Shown in pieces: positions 18,365 to 28,127 of a DNA stretch of 32,000 bases (positions within the stretch are counted from its first letter, which is position 1; each line of letters begins with the position of its first letter). The translations under genes were made by a program, and so were the position numbers. Under the pieces are notes generated by a model. The model saw only the letters and a program-made list of their open reading frames with translations. It was not told where the DNA came from and searched no databases. Source of the stretch: Parasynechococcus marenigrum WH 8102 (GTDB taxonomy: Bacteria; Cyanobacteriota; Cyanobacteriia; PCC-6307; Cyanobiaceae); NCBI RefSeq assembly GCF_000195975.1, contig NC_005070.1, forward strand, positions 2,402,429 to 2,434,428, in the 5' to 3' direction.

Positions 18365-19527
18365 CCCAATTTCCAAAGACGGTGATGCTTCTGGGCAGCG
18401 GCGAACTGGGGAAGGAGGTGGCCATCTCCGCCCAGCGCATCGGCTGTCATGTGATCGCCTGTGATCGCTACGCCGATGCTCCCGCGATGCAGGTGGCCGA
18501 TCAGGCGGAAGTTCTGGCAATGACGGACACCGACGCATTGTTGGCAACGGTGCGTCGCCACCGCCCTGATGTGGTGATCCCCGAAATTGAAGCGCTGGCG
18601 GTGTCAGCTCTGGCGGAACTGGAGCAGGACGGAATCACAGTGATTCCCACCGCGCGGGCCACTGCGGTGACGATGAACCGTGATCGGATCCGCGATCTCG
18701 CCGCCGGCGAACTCGCTCTGCGGTCTGCGCGTTTCGCCTATGCCGCCAGCGCGGAAGAACTGCGAGCCGAAGCCCCTGCCCTCGGCTGGCCCGTGGTGGT
18801 GAAACCGGTGATGAGCTCATCCGGCAAAGGTCAGAGCGTCGTGGATGGACCGGATGGTTTGGATCAGGCCTGGGACGCTGCAATGGCCGGCGCCAGGGGA
18901 ACCTCCCCCCGCGTGATCGTGGAGGAATTTCTCCGTTTCGACCTTGAAATCACCCTGCTGACCATCCGCCAGCACAACGGTGAAACCCTGTTCTGTGCCC
19001 CGATCGGCCATGAACAGGAGCACGGTGATTACCAGTGCAGTTGGCAGCCAGCGGAGCTGTCGTCCGAGCAGCTGCATCAGGCCCAGGCGATGGCCAGGAC
19101 GGTGACCCAGAACCTGGGGGGTGTTGGCCTGTTCGGTGTGGAATTCTTCCTCTGCGGCGATGAGGTGATCTTCTCGGAGCTCTCCCCACGACCACACGAC
19201 ACTGGCCTGGTGACCTTAATCAGCCAGAACCTGAGCGAATTCGAGCTGCACCTGCGTGCGGTTCTGGGTTTACCGATCCCGTCGATCACGACTGCCGACG
19301 CAGCCGCCAGTCGTGTGATCCTTGCCCAGAACCAGATGGATGCTGTCAGCTACACGGGCGTCGATACTGCCCTGCAGGAACCCGACACCCAACTGCTGCT
19401 GTTCGGCAAACCCACGGCTCGCCCAGGACGTCGCATGGGGGTGGCCCTGGCCAGGGGGGAACACCTGGCAGAAGCGCGAGCCAAAGCCGATCGTGCCGCA
19501 GCCTGCGTTCGGGTGCTTCAGCGCTGA
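18361..19527 (+). CDS. purT: formate-dependent phosphoribosylglycinamide formyltransferase (GAR transformylase 2)
   Basis: 388 aa. VMLLGSGELGKEVAISAQRIG, an ATP-grasp core, and SPRPHDTGLVT. Confidence 0.93.
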   Translation: MTQFPKTVMLLGSGELGKEVAISAQRIGCHVIACDRYADAPAMQVADQAEVLAMTDTDALLATVRRHRPDVVIPEIEALAVSALAELEQDGITVIPTARATAVTMNRDRIRDLAAGELALRSARFAYAASAEELRAEAPALGWPVVVKPVMSSSGKGQSVVDGPDGLDQAWDAAMAGARGTSPRVIVEEFLRFDLEITLLTIRQHNGETLFCAPIGHEQEHGDYQCSWQPAELSSEQLHQAQAMARTVTQNLGGVGLFGVEFFLCGDEVIFSELSPRPHDTGLVTLISQNLSEFELHLRAVLGLPIPSITTADAAASRVILAQNQMDAVSYTGVDTALQEPDTQLLLFGKPTARPGRRMGVALARGEHLAEARAKADRAAACVRVLQR

Positions 19528-21650
19528 CTGGGAAACCGGTAATGACTTAATCCATCCAGCACGGCCGCAAGGCTGGGGCGACCTGAAAGCAGCACCCGTT
19601 TCTGTTGAGGATGGCGCACGAGGCAGGGATCATGATCTGCCGGTACCACCGTGGCCGGCAGCCCCCGGAGCAACTCACCATCACCCTGCTGACTGGCCAT
19701 CACCATGACCCTCTCGAGGGGCAGCTGCCAATGCAGAGCTAGGTGACGAATCGCCTCACTGCGGGACGCCAGCCGAGGAAGGACGTCCAGATACCAGTGG
19801 CAGCGCCGTTGAGGCCGAGCCGATAGACCCTCCCGCCTCAGCCGCTGACGCACGTGGCTCAACACCGATTCATCCGGCTGACGTTGCAGGTAACTCAGCT
19901 TCCAGGGCCCCTGATGCTCTTCGCTTTGAAGTTCTAAAAGGTCGTGGAGATCCTCCATCACAGCCTCCACGGATTCACGCTGCCAATCGGTATCGATGTG
20001 CTGCGCCCAGATGTGATCGGGCTGAAGATCCTCGCCCAGGTGAATCTCACTGCCTGCCCGGCTGATCCAGACCAACGGCGAGGGCAGATGCAGATCGCCG
20101 TAGCGCTGCCGCGCCGCCGCCAATGATCGACCGGTCAGGATCCCCAAGCCGTAGCGCTGACCATCGCGTTCAAGCTGGCTGCGCAAAGCGGTGAGCGACG
20201 GGCCATCGGGACAATCGAGGGTGCTGTCGAGATCCAGCAACAACAGATGATCCGGCCGATGCGATGAGGCCGGGGAACCCTGAGGCCTTGGACCGACTGA
20301 TGGCAGCTGATGCAGATGGGCTTGCATCAGTCCCAGATAGCGACAGACATGGGCATCCCAACTGAAATGTCGCGACACCGCCTCCACGCCGTTGTCACTC
20401 CAGCGCCGCCAGCGACTGGCATCCTTGCCAGCCCGTTCCAGCGCCTCCTGCAAGGCACCGGCATCGATTACATCCACCAACAGGCCGTTCTCACAGCGGG
20501 CCTGAATATCGCGAGGACCACCGTCATCGGTAGCGACCATCGGCAGACCACAGGCCGCGGCCTCCAGCAACGTGAGACCGAATGGTTCCGTCAGCGCAGG
20601 GTTAACAAACAGACCTCCCCGTTGAACTGCCCAGCGATAGAAGGCCGGCACCTGCGAGCGGCGATGCTGTTTCGGATAGGCGACCGAGCCGTAGAGGTCG
20701 TAACGATCGACGAGATCGAACACCTGCTGGAACACATCCCGTTGCTGCTTCTCCATCTGTCGGGGATCTTCACGGCACCCCAGCACCAACACGAGATTGT
20801 GGCGGTCCCGCAGCACCGATGAGGATCCGAAGGCTTCCAACAGAGCCGGGATGTTCTTGCGGCGGACAGCACGGGAAATCGCCAACAAGGGAGGCTTGCT
20901 GGGATCGCGAAGAAAGGGGCTGAGCAACTGATCGAGAGCATCCCCTTCAGCGGCGGAAGAAACGGGGTGAAAGCGTCCGGCATCCACGCCGGGCGGGATC
21001 ACCTGGACGCGATCACGACGAAACTGCGAATAGCGGGCGTATTGCAGGTCAGCTTCCTGCTGCGTGCTGGTGATCACCAGATCCGCCTGGGTGAGTGCCT
21101 GCTCCTCCGCTTCAATCCGACGGCTCATGGCGTAGGCCTGTTCGATCTGTTGACGATCGCCACCGCCGGCGAGAAGACGACGTTGCTTTTCGCGGCCAAG
21201 GGAATGACCGGTGAATACCAGGGGTAAACCAAGCCGTTGGCTCACCAGAGCCCCGACGAAACCGGCATCGGCGTAATGGGCGTGAATCCAATCCACCTCG
21301 TGGCCGGGCTGGGTGAGGTGATGCACCAGCTGATCGGCAAGATCTTCCAGATGCGGCCAAAGCTGTTCCTTGCGCAGATAACGCTTCGGACCAAACGGAA
21401 AGCGCAGGATTCGAGCACCGGGAGCAATCACCTCGAGTGGGCGCTCATAGTCCGCGGCAACCCGACGGTCCTGCACAAGACGTGTCACCACATCGACCCG
21501 ATCAACCTCGGGACGCTGGGCCAGGCTGCGCACGAGATCCAGCACGTAGAGGGTCTGGCCGCCGGTGTCCGCATCACGACCAAGCTCCAGATCCCGGGAA
21601 CGGAACAGACCGTACAAGTGCAGATGAAGGACACGGACACCCCTTCCCAT
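19518..21650 (-). CDS. sps: sucrose-phosphate synthase with C-terminal SPP-like (HAD) domain
   Basis: GT4 motifs DTGGQTLYVLDL, FTGHSLGREK and EPFGLTLLEAAACGLPMVAT. C-terminal HAD-like LLLLDLDSTL. The track start 21671 is TTG, and I take ATG 21650 (MGRGVRVLHLHLYGLFRS), giving 710 aa. It overlaps the purT 3' end by 10 nt (convergent). Confidence 0.88.
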   Translation of the reverse strand: MGRGVRVLHLHLYGLFRSRDLELGRDADTGGQTLYVLDLVRSLAQRPEVDRVDVVTRLVQDRRVAADYERPLEVIAPGARILRFPFGPKRYLRKEQLWPHLEDLADQLVHHLTQPGHEVDWIHAHYADAGFVGALVSQRLGLPLVFTGHSLGREKQRRLLAGGGDRQQIEQAYAMSRRIEAEEQALTQADLVITSTQQEADLQYARYSQFRRDRVQVIPPGVDAGRFHPVSSAAEGDALDQLLSPFLRDPSKPPLLAISRAVRRKNIPALLEAFGSSSVLRDRHNLVLVLGCREDPRQMEKQQRDVFQQVFDLVDRYDLYGSVAYPKQHRRSQVPAFYRWAVQRGGLFVNPALTEPFGLTLLEAAACGLPMVATDDGGPRDIQARCENGLLVDVIDAGALQEALERAGKDASRWRRWSDNGVEAVSRHFSWDAHVCRYLGLMQAHLHQLPSVGPRPQGSPASSHRPDHLLLLDLDSTLDCPDGPSLTALRSQLERDGQRYGLGILTGRSLAAARQRYGDLHLPSPLVWISRAGSEIHLGEDLQPDHIWAQHIDTDWQRESVEAVMEDLHDLLELQSEEHQGPWKLSYLQRQPDESVLSHVRQRLRREGLSARPQRRCHWYLDVLPRLASRSEAIRHLALHWQLPLERVMVMASQQGDGELLRGLPATVVPADHDPCLVRHPQQKRVLLSGRPSLAAVLDGLSHYRFPSQR

Positions 21651-21671
21651 GACTGCGATCCCTTCAAACAA

Positions 21672-21855
21672 CAGCGGAATCGAGCGACTCCGTTGGTTTG
21701 TATTTAGGGAGAAAAAACGAACTGAAAGTTGAAAAAAACGTTAGGGATGATCGTTCTGGAGCGATCTGATTCAGCCAAAACACTGATGAACACTGACGAT
21801 CAACAACCCCTTCTCAACGACTCAATGGAGAATCAATTGTGAAGAACAAGCACTG
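21672..21855. promoter_or_regulatory. AT-rich spacer: sps promoter/leader and 3' region of the upstream hydrolase gene
   Basis: The only long non-coding gap inside the window. A hand count over 21671..21860 gives 82 G+C in 190 nt (43%). It contains AACACTGA twice, 10 nt apart, and GAAAAAACG-type A-tracts about 20 nt apart. Confidence 0.5.
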
Positions 21856-23352
21856 TCAGAGCTTATTGCTCACATCCACCAGATCAACCTGATCATCACC
21901 CCAGCCACCGCCCCTGAAGCTGACGACCCCATTCACCCCCAGCTGCTCATTGATCCAGGCCAGCAGCAGCGGTCCGACCAGAGCCGGTCGATCTTCCCCT
22001 TGAAAACTGCGCAGGCTGAAGTGGTCAGCACCCCTCACCAGCACCAGGCGATGGCCAAACTGTGCAGCCTTGGTATCGCGCATCGGGGAGATCGCCTCAG
22101 GGCCTGAAGGAACCACCCAGTCGCGGGTGCCACTGATCAACAGCACCTTGGAATTGAGGCTGGTGGTACTAGTGGGTTCAAACAGCAGACGCAAGGGAGG
22201 ACTGACGGCCACGACAGCCTTGACCCGCTGGTCAGCAATACCGGCTCTGTTGATGCCGCTCAACCAGCTGCACTGGAGCACCCAGCTCAAGTTGCGCTCA
22301 GGGTCTTTGAGATCACTGCAATGGCTCTTGAGCTTGCGTTCAGTCGGAACACCACCTGCAAGCTGGAGTGTTGTGGTGGCACCCCAGGAATGACCCACCA
22401 CCGCAACAGTCTCGGTGTTCAAGCCTCGGCCCTTCATCAGACGGCCAGACTCGACAGCATCGAGCAGAGCAGAGACATCCAGTGGACGCAGACGAAGTTC
22501 CTCCGGTCCTGGGGGCGGCCGATCACCGGCCAACATCGCCTTCTGTTGACTGAAATCACTGCCTGGGTGGTCCGGCAGGAGCACCGTATAACCCTGGGCC
22601 GCCAGCACCTCCCCCCATCCTTCAAACGATTCAGGGTCATCCCAGAGGCCATGGGAGATCACCACCAGACGCCCATTGGCTGAGCCATTTGGCACCAGGG
22701 TCAGCACCCTGAGTAGTTGCGGACGATGGGTCACAGAAAGACGAACGACCTGACGGGTCCAGGACGGCTTCAACGGAGCCCGCAACGATGGCGTGACCGT
22801 TTCAGCAGGCCCTGCCAAAGCCAAAGCAACGCCCTGCTCCTGATTGGCTTTGAGTCGGTTCGCCGCAACAGCCACCCGAGATAGATCAATGGAGGCCTGA
22901 TCACCAGGCAGTTCCCGCAGGAAGCCGAGCACATTGGGTTGGCCATTGCGTTCAGCTCGCACCAGAGCATCCGTCAACATCCGACCACTGGTGTCCGGAT
23001 CCACCCCATCGAGATCGACCAGATCAGCAGCCGCAATCAGAGCCTGCTCAAGCAACGGCTGGCCGGTGGACCCTTCCAGGAAGGCCTTGGTCTCGACGGG
23101 TAGCGGCGCCAGAAAAATCTTGCTGATCAGATCTAGAAGTTGTCCACCGCTCGCCGATTGGAGATCGTCAAGATCAGGGCTGGATCGAATCAGTTCTGAA
23201 GCGGACTCAGCCTCTCCGAGGTTGATGGTGACGCTCGTCTCCAGGAACGGCATGCGCAGCATCAAGTGCTCGAGCGCCTGGGCCGGTGCAGCGAATCCTG
23301 ACAGTGCAAGGCCACTGAGGAAAGCAGCCCAATGGTTGCGACAACGCGTCAT
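21856..23352 (-). CDS. secreted alpha/beta hydrolase with N-terminal DUF1400-like domain
   Basis: Signal peptide (AAFLSGLALSGFAAPAQA). The N-terminal about 170 aa resemble DUF1400. The hydrolase core has the nucleophile elbow VAVVGHSWGA. The ATG shares one nucleotide with the uvrA TGA (TGATG at 23354..23350, minus strand). Confidence 0.75.
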   Translation of the reverse strand: MTRCRNHWAAFLSGLALSGFAAPAQALEHLMLRMPFLETSVTINLGEAESASELIRSSPDLDDLQSASGGQLLDLISKIFLAPLPVETKAFLEGSTGQPLLEQALIAAADLVDLDGVDPDTSGRMLTDALVRAERNGQPNVLGFLRELPGDQASIDLSRVAVAANRLKANQEQGVALALAGPAETVTPSLRAPLKPSWTRQVVRLSVTHRPQLLRVLTLVPNGSANGRLVVISHGLWDDPESFEGWGEVLAAQGYTVLLPDHPGSDFSQQKAMLAGDRPPPGPEELRLRPLDVSALLDAVESGRLMKGRGLNTETVAVVGHSWGATTTLQLAGGVPTERKLKSHCSDLKDPERNLSWVLQCSWLSGINRAGIADQRVKAVVAVSPPLRLLFEPTSTTSLNSKVLLISGTRDWVVPSGPEAISPMRDTKAAQFGHRLVLVRGADHFSLRSFQGEDRPALVGPLLLAWINEQLGVNGVVSFRGGGWGDDQVDLVDVSNKL

Positions 23353-26324
23353 CAGGCAGCGATCAGTGGGATCTCTGGCGGATGCTGCTCCAAAACACGG
23401 GCAAGGTATCTGCCTGTGTGACTGGTTGGATGCTGGGCAACCTCTTCCGGGGTCCCGGTCACCAGAAGCTCTCCACCCTTGTCGCCACCCTCGGGTCCGA
23501 GATCAATGATCCAATCGGAACAGCGAATCACATCCAAATTGTGCTCAATACAGATAATCGAGTTGCCCTTATCAACAAGGCGCTGCATTACATCCATCAA
23601 TTTATGGACGTCGTAAAAACTCAGACCCGTGGTGGGTTCATCAATCAGATAAAGGGTTTTCCCCGTCGCCCTGCGTGACAACTCAGTCGCCAATTTCACC
23701 CGCTGCGCTTCTCCACCGGAGAGGGTCGGAGCTGGCTGGCCAAGCTTCACGTAACCGAGGCCGACATCCACCAACGTGCGCAATCGATCCGCAGCCTGAG
23801 GAATTGCGTCGAACACTTCGGCGGCCTGCTCCACCGTCATTTGCAGCACATCGGCAATGGTGTACCCCTTGTATTTCACCTGCAACGTCTCCCGGTTGAA
23901 GCGTGCTCCCTTACAGACGTCGCACTGGACGTAGACATCAGGCAGGAAATTCATCTCGATCACGTTCACGCCCTGACCGCGGCAAGCCTCACAGCGACCG
24001 CCCTTCACGTTGAAGCTGAATTGCCCCACCTGATAGCCGCGGGCCTTGGCCTCCACCGTGGCAGCAAACACCTGACGGATCGGGTCGAAAGCACCGGTGT
24101 AAGTGGCGGGATTGGAGCGTGGCGTGCGACCGATCGGTGACTGGTCAATCACGATCACCTTGTCGATTGACTTCAACCCCCGCAATTCAGCGAGTCCCTG
24201 CGGAAAGGGAACCTTCATCCCCAGGCCGTTCTCGAGTGCAGGGTGGAGCAATTCATTCACCAAGGTGCTCTTGCCGCTGCCGCTCACCCCGGTGACGGAC
24301 ACCAGCCGACCGAGGGGAAACTCCACACTGACGTTCTTGAGGTTGTTGCGGTTGCAATCGAGCAACTTGAGCGAACGGGTACCGCTCTGGCGTCGTTCCG
24401 CAGGTGTCGGAATCGAGCGGCGACCGCTGAGGTAGGCACCGGTCAGCGACGCTTCGCTGTTGATCAGATCTTCGAAACTGCCTTCCGCCACGATGTGGCC
24501 CCCATGCACGCCCGCGCCGGGGCCGATATCCACCACGTGATCGGCAGCACGGATGGTGTCTTCGTCGTGCTCAACCACCACCAGCGTGTTGCCCAGGTCT
24601 CTCAGGCGCACGAGGGTGTTCAGCAAACGATCGTTGTCCCGCTGGTGCAGACCGATGCTCGGCTCATCGAGCACATACAGAACACCGGTGAGACCGGCAC
24701 CGATCTGAGTGGCCAGACGGATCCGCTGCGCTTCTCCACCGGACAGCGTCATCGCCGGCCGATCCAGGCTCAGGTAGTCGAGCCCCACATCCAACAGAAA
24801 CTTCAACCTCAGCCGGATCTCCCGCAGCACCAGATCACCGATCTGAATCTGGCGATCATTCAGCAATGGGTTGGCACCCTCATGGCTGCCAACCCCCATC
24901 AACTGCTCGATGCGGTCAAGGGTCTGACCAACGCTGACGGCCGTCAGCTCAGGAATGCAGAAAGGGCCCACCTTCACGGCGAGGGCTTCCGGCCGCAGCC
25001 GCTGACCGGCGCAGGCCTCGCACGGGACCAACTCAAGAAATTTCTCCAGCTTCTGACGCTGGGCCTCTCCGCTGGCGTCACGCAGCTGACGCTCAAGGAT
25101 CGGCAGGATTCCCTCAAAAGGCCGGTTGTAGCCCGCCTTGCCCTTGCGGTAACGGCTATCGGCCTGAATCAGGATCGGTTCGCGACTGCCGTGCAGCAAC
25201 ACATCACGTTGCTCATCGGTGAGCTGGTTCCATGGAGTCTTGATCTCGAAGCCAAAGGCCTCTCCCACGGAATAGAGCAAGGAGAAGTAATAGCTGTTGT
25301 CCTTTTCCGCCCAGGGAGCAACCGCCGAATACACCGGCTGAGTGGGATCTGGAATGACCCGATCCACAGTGAATTTCCGCAGATGACCGATGCCGTGGCA
25401 GGCCTCACAGGCCCCATAGGGGCTATTGAACGAGAACAACCTCGGGGACAACTCGTCCATGACCGCGCCATGGACCGGGCAAGCGAATTTTTCGGAATAA
25501 AGGCGCTCTCGCTCCACACCATCGGGGAGCTCCTCTCCCTTCTTCGGCACAACTTCAACCAGGGCGAGTCCATCCCCCCGTTTGAGAACGGTGCGCAATG
25601 AATCGGTGAGACGTTCCTGAATGCCGTCGCGGGCCACCAGCCGATCCACCACCACTTCGATGTTGTGGCTGTGGTTCTTGTCCAATTCGATGTTGTCCGC
25701 CAGCTCGCGGACCTCGCCATCGATGCGCACCCGGGCGAAGCCCTCAGCAGCGAGGCCGCTGATCATCTTGGTGTGGGTGCCCTTCTTGCCCCGAACCACG
25801 GGAGCCAGCAGCTGATAGCGGGTGCCCTCCGGCAGCACCAGGATCTGATCGACCATCTCGTCGATGCTCTGAGGACGGATCGAGCGATCACACTGCGGGC
25901 AATGGGGCTCACCAGCGCGGCCAAACAACAGGCGCAGGTAGTCCTGGATTTCCGTGACCGTTCCGACGGTGGAGCGGGGGTTGTGGCTGGTGGATTTCTG
26001 ATCGATCGAAATCGCAGGAGACAGCCCCTCAATGGCGTCCACATCTGGCTTGTCCACCTGGCCCAGGAACTGTCGGGCGTAAGCGGACAAACTCTCGACG
26101 TAGCGGCGCTGACCTTCCGCAAAAATCGTGTCAAAAGCGAGCGAGCTTTTGCCGCTGCCACTAACGCCGGTGAACACCACCAGCTTGTTGCGGGGAATGG
26201 TGACGTCGACGTTCTTGAGGTTGTGCTGGCGAGCGCCACGCACCCGGATCACATCCTCCAGGCTGCCGCCGGACAGATTCACAGGAGCCGTTCGATCCGT
26301 GCTCTTGGCAGCAGCTCGCACCAT
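23352..26324 (-). CDS. uvrA: excinuclease ABC subunit A
   Basis: 990 aa. Two ABC modules with Walker A motifs GVSGSGKSSLAFDT and GVSGSGKSTLVNE. Zn-finger cysteines (CPQCD, CEACHG, CEACRGQG). Signature LSGGEAQR occurs twice. Confidence 0.97.
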   Translation of the reverse strand: MVRAAAKSTDRTAPVNLSGGSLEDVIRVRGARQHNLKNVDVTIPRNKLVVFTGVSGSGKSSLAFDTIFAEGQRRYVESLSAYARQFLGQVDKPDVDAIEGLSPAISIDQKSTSHNPRSTVGTVTEIQDYLRLLFGRAGEPHCPQCDRSIRPQSIDEMVDQILVLPEGTRYQLLAPVVRGKKGTHTKMISGLAAEGFARVRIDGEVRELADNIELDKNHSHNIEVVVDRLVARDGIQERLTDSLRTVLKRGDGLALVEVVPKKGEELPDGVERERLYSEKFACPVHGAVMDELSPRLFSFNSPYGACEACHGIGHLRKFTVDRVIPDPTQPVYSAVAPWAEKDNSYYFSLLYSVGEAFGFEIKTPWNQLTDEQRDVLLHGSREPILIQADSRYRKGKAGYNRPFEGILPILERQLRDASGEAQRQKLEKFLELVPCEACAGQRLRPEALAVKVGPFCIPELTAVSVGQTLDRIEQLMGVGSHEGANPLLNDRQIQIGDLVLREIRLRLKFLLDVGLDYLSLDRPAMTLSGGEAQRIRLATQIGAGLTGVLYVLDEPSIGLHQRDNDRLLNTLVRLRDLGNTLVVVEHDEDTIRAADHVVDIGPGAGVHGGHIVAEGSFEDLINSEASLTGAYLSGRRSIPTPAERRQSGTRSLKLLDCNRNNLKNVSVEFPLGRLVSVTGVSGSGKSTLVNELLHPALENGLGMKVPFPQGLAELRGLKSIDKVIVIDQSPIGRTPRSNPATYTGAFDPIRQVFAATVEAKARGYQVGQFSFNVKGGRCEACRGQGVNVIEMNFLPDVYVQCDVCKGARFNRETLQVKYKGYTIADVLQMTVEQAAEVFDAIPQAADRLRTLVDVGLGYVKLGQPAPTLSGGEAQRVKLATELSRRATGKTLYLIDEPTTGLSFYDVHKLMDVMQRLVDKGNSIICIEHNLDVIRCSDWIIDLGPEGGDKGGELLVTGTPEEVAQHPTSHTGRYLARVLEQHPPEIPLIAA

Positions 26325-26369
26325 CGGGCCCCGATCGAAAGCACATGAGCTTAAGAAGAAAGGCTGAAC

Positions 26370-28052
26370 TCAGGCTGAACGCTGGGCCAGGAGGCTGGCT
26401 GCATAAAGATCAGCCTGATCTCCACCCGCGAGTTCAGCCAGTTCCTGCTGGCGCTCGCGAGTGTCCCGCAGTCGGGACACTCGCGAATAGGTGACGCCTT
26501 CCTTCACCTCCTTGTTGATCCTTAAATGGTGATCCGCAGCCGCTGCCACCAGGGGTTGGTGGGTCACACAAAACACCTGACGTTGCTCACCGAGGCTGCG
26601 CAACAAATCGGCCATCGCTCCACTGACGCGGCCACTGACGCCAGCATCGATCTCGTCGAACAGCAGCGTGCTGGAACCGTCCACTGCGGCAAGGGTCGTC
26701 TTCAACGCCAACAGAAAACGCGACATCTCACCGCCAGACGCCACTTCCACCAACGGTGCCAGTGGCTGACCGGGATTCGCGGAAAACAGAAAAGAGACAG
26801 CATCCGCTCCATGGTCTGCCGGTTCGGCATAACGCAGATCCACCTCAAAACGCACATTGGCGAGGCCCATTGGTGGCAACAGCTTGAGCAAGGAAGCCTG
26901 GAGATCGATGGCAGCCTGAGAACGGGCCTGTCGCAGGGCGGCATTGGCTTGATCCCGTTGCTGGCGTTGCGACTGTTCGACCATCCGCAGCCGCTGAAGA
27001 TCCGCTTCGAATCCCCTATCCCCCAACCGCTGCCGTAAACCATCGCGACGGTCGATCAACCCCGCCAGATCAAGGCCATGACGACGCTGCAGCCGCTTCA
27101 GTTCCGCCAGTCGCTCCTGAATCCGATCGAGATGCTCCGGGTCACTCTCCAAAGCCAGGCTGTAGTGATCGAGGGACCGCAGAAGCTCCTCAACATTCGC
27201 CTCCAGATCCAGAGCCTGATCCTTCACCCCCGTCAGGGAACCGTCCAGTTGAGCCATCACCTGCAGCTCCTGAACCGAAGCTGCGAGATGGTCCTGCAGT
27301 GACGGGGCCTGGTCCGCACCGTCCCTGAAACGACGAAACAACTGGGCCAGTCCCTCCTGCAAACGCACACCATGGACCAATCGATCCTGGTCCTGTTCCA
27401 GCTGCTCCTGTTCACCAGGATCCTCCAGACCGGCCGCCTCTAGCTGCTCGAGCAAGGCCTCCTGCTCAGCCCTTTCCTCCTCGCAACGCTGCTGTTCCCG
27501 TTCAACCGCCTCAAGGGCCGTTGCTGATTCACACCACCCCTGCCAGGCCGCGGCCACATCAGCTCTTAATGCCGCCAGAGATGAACCCCCTAAACGATCC
27601 AGCCATTGACGCTGTTGCCCGGGCTTGGACAACAGCTGGGTCTGACCCTGCACCGTGAGATCGATCAACAGCGGCCGCAGGGACAACAGCTGCTGACGGT
27701 TGACCGGCGTGCCATTGAGCCGCGAACGGCTGGACCAACGTTCGCCGTCCAGACGTTTCCATTCCCGGCTGACCAGAAGCTCGTCCTCCGACTCGAAATC
27801 CCCGTCGGACAACCAAGCCCGCAGAATCGGCGTGAGCTGAAAACTGGCTTCGATCCGCGAGCGCTCGGATCCCTCGCGCAGCAAGCGCTGGCCAGCAGAT
27901 CCCTGAGCACCACCCAGCACCGCATCAAGGGCGTCGAGGAGGAGCGATTTTCCAGCACCAGTTTCACCGGTGAGCACCGTGAAACCCGATCCAAACTCCA
28001 GTTCGAGCCGATCGATCAGGGCGATGTTCTGCAGCTGCAGACCGGTGAGCAC
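26370..28052 (-). CDS. recN: DNA repair protein RecN
   Basis: GTG start, 560 aa. N-terminal Walker A LTGETGAGKS, a long coiled-coil middle region, and C-terminal SGGEMSRFLLALK ... LLFDEIDAGVSG. Confidence 0.93.
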   Translation of the reverse strand: MLTGLQLQNIALIDRLELEFGSGFTVLTGETGAGKSLLLDALDAVLGGAQGSAGQRLLREGSERSRIEASFQLTPILRAWLSDGDFESEDELLVSREWKRLDGERWSSRSRLNGTPVNRQQLLSLRPLLIDLTVQGQTQLLSKPGQQRQWLDRLGGSSLAALRADVAAAWQGWCESATALEAVEREQQRCEEERAEQEALLEQLEAAGLEDPGEQEQLEQDQDRLVHGVRLQEGLAQLFRRFRDGADQAPSLQDHLAASVQELQVMAQLDGSLTGVKDQALDLEANVEELLRSLDHYSLALESDPEHLDRIQERLAELKRLQRRHGLDLAGLIDRRDGLRQRLGDRGFEADLQRLRMVEQSQRQQRDQANAALRQARSQAAIDLQASLLKLLPPMGLANVRFEVDLRYAEPADHGADAVSFLFSANPGQPLAPLVEVASGGEMSRFLLALKTTLAAVDGSSTLLFDEIDAGVSGRVSGAMADLLRSLGEQRQVFCVTHQPLVAAAADHHLRINKEVKEGVTYSRVSRLRDTRERQQELAELAGGDQADLYAASLLAQRSA

Positions 28053-28127
28053 GCCATCCCCGGTGGTGATGCCGACCGTAGCGACGGCTCGCGTCGTTTA
28101 GAAGGGGTGCACCAAACCCCTTTAACG

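Noticed and set aside
25454-25480. gtccatgaccgcgccatggac inside uvrA resembles the arms of the 14640..14675 hairpin
   Set aside because: It shares only 8-10 nt and lies in a conserved coding region. This is most simply coincidence rather than a dispersed repeat family.
24243-25601. Long antisense ORFs inside confirmed genes: 24243..25601 (uvrA), 4259..5383 (radical SAM), 28752..29831 (ABC1), 826..1740 and 1858..2721 (acnB), 7196..8053 (purU), 6190..7020 (IctB-like), 26526..27038 (recN)
   Set aside because: All lie wholly within strongly supported genes on the other strand or frame. They have R/G/A/P/H-rich low-complexity translations with no recognisable motifs. Stop-poor alternative frames are expected at about 60% G+C.
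27606-28127. 5' extension of the ABC1 kinase ORF (the track gives 793 aa)
   Set aside because: The extension is antisense to recN and lacks protein-like sequence. ABC1 homology begins right after ATG 28128.
28053-28127. Search for a LexA/SOS box upstream of recN (and at 26325..26369 upstream of uvrA), and for a CIRCE element upstream of dnaK (12675..12789)
   Set aside because: No GTAC/GTTC-type palindrome is present, and no TTAGCACTC-N9-GAGTGCTAA. Only short 4-6 bp inverted repeats occur, as expected by chance.
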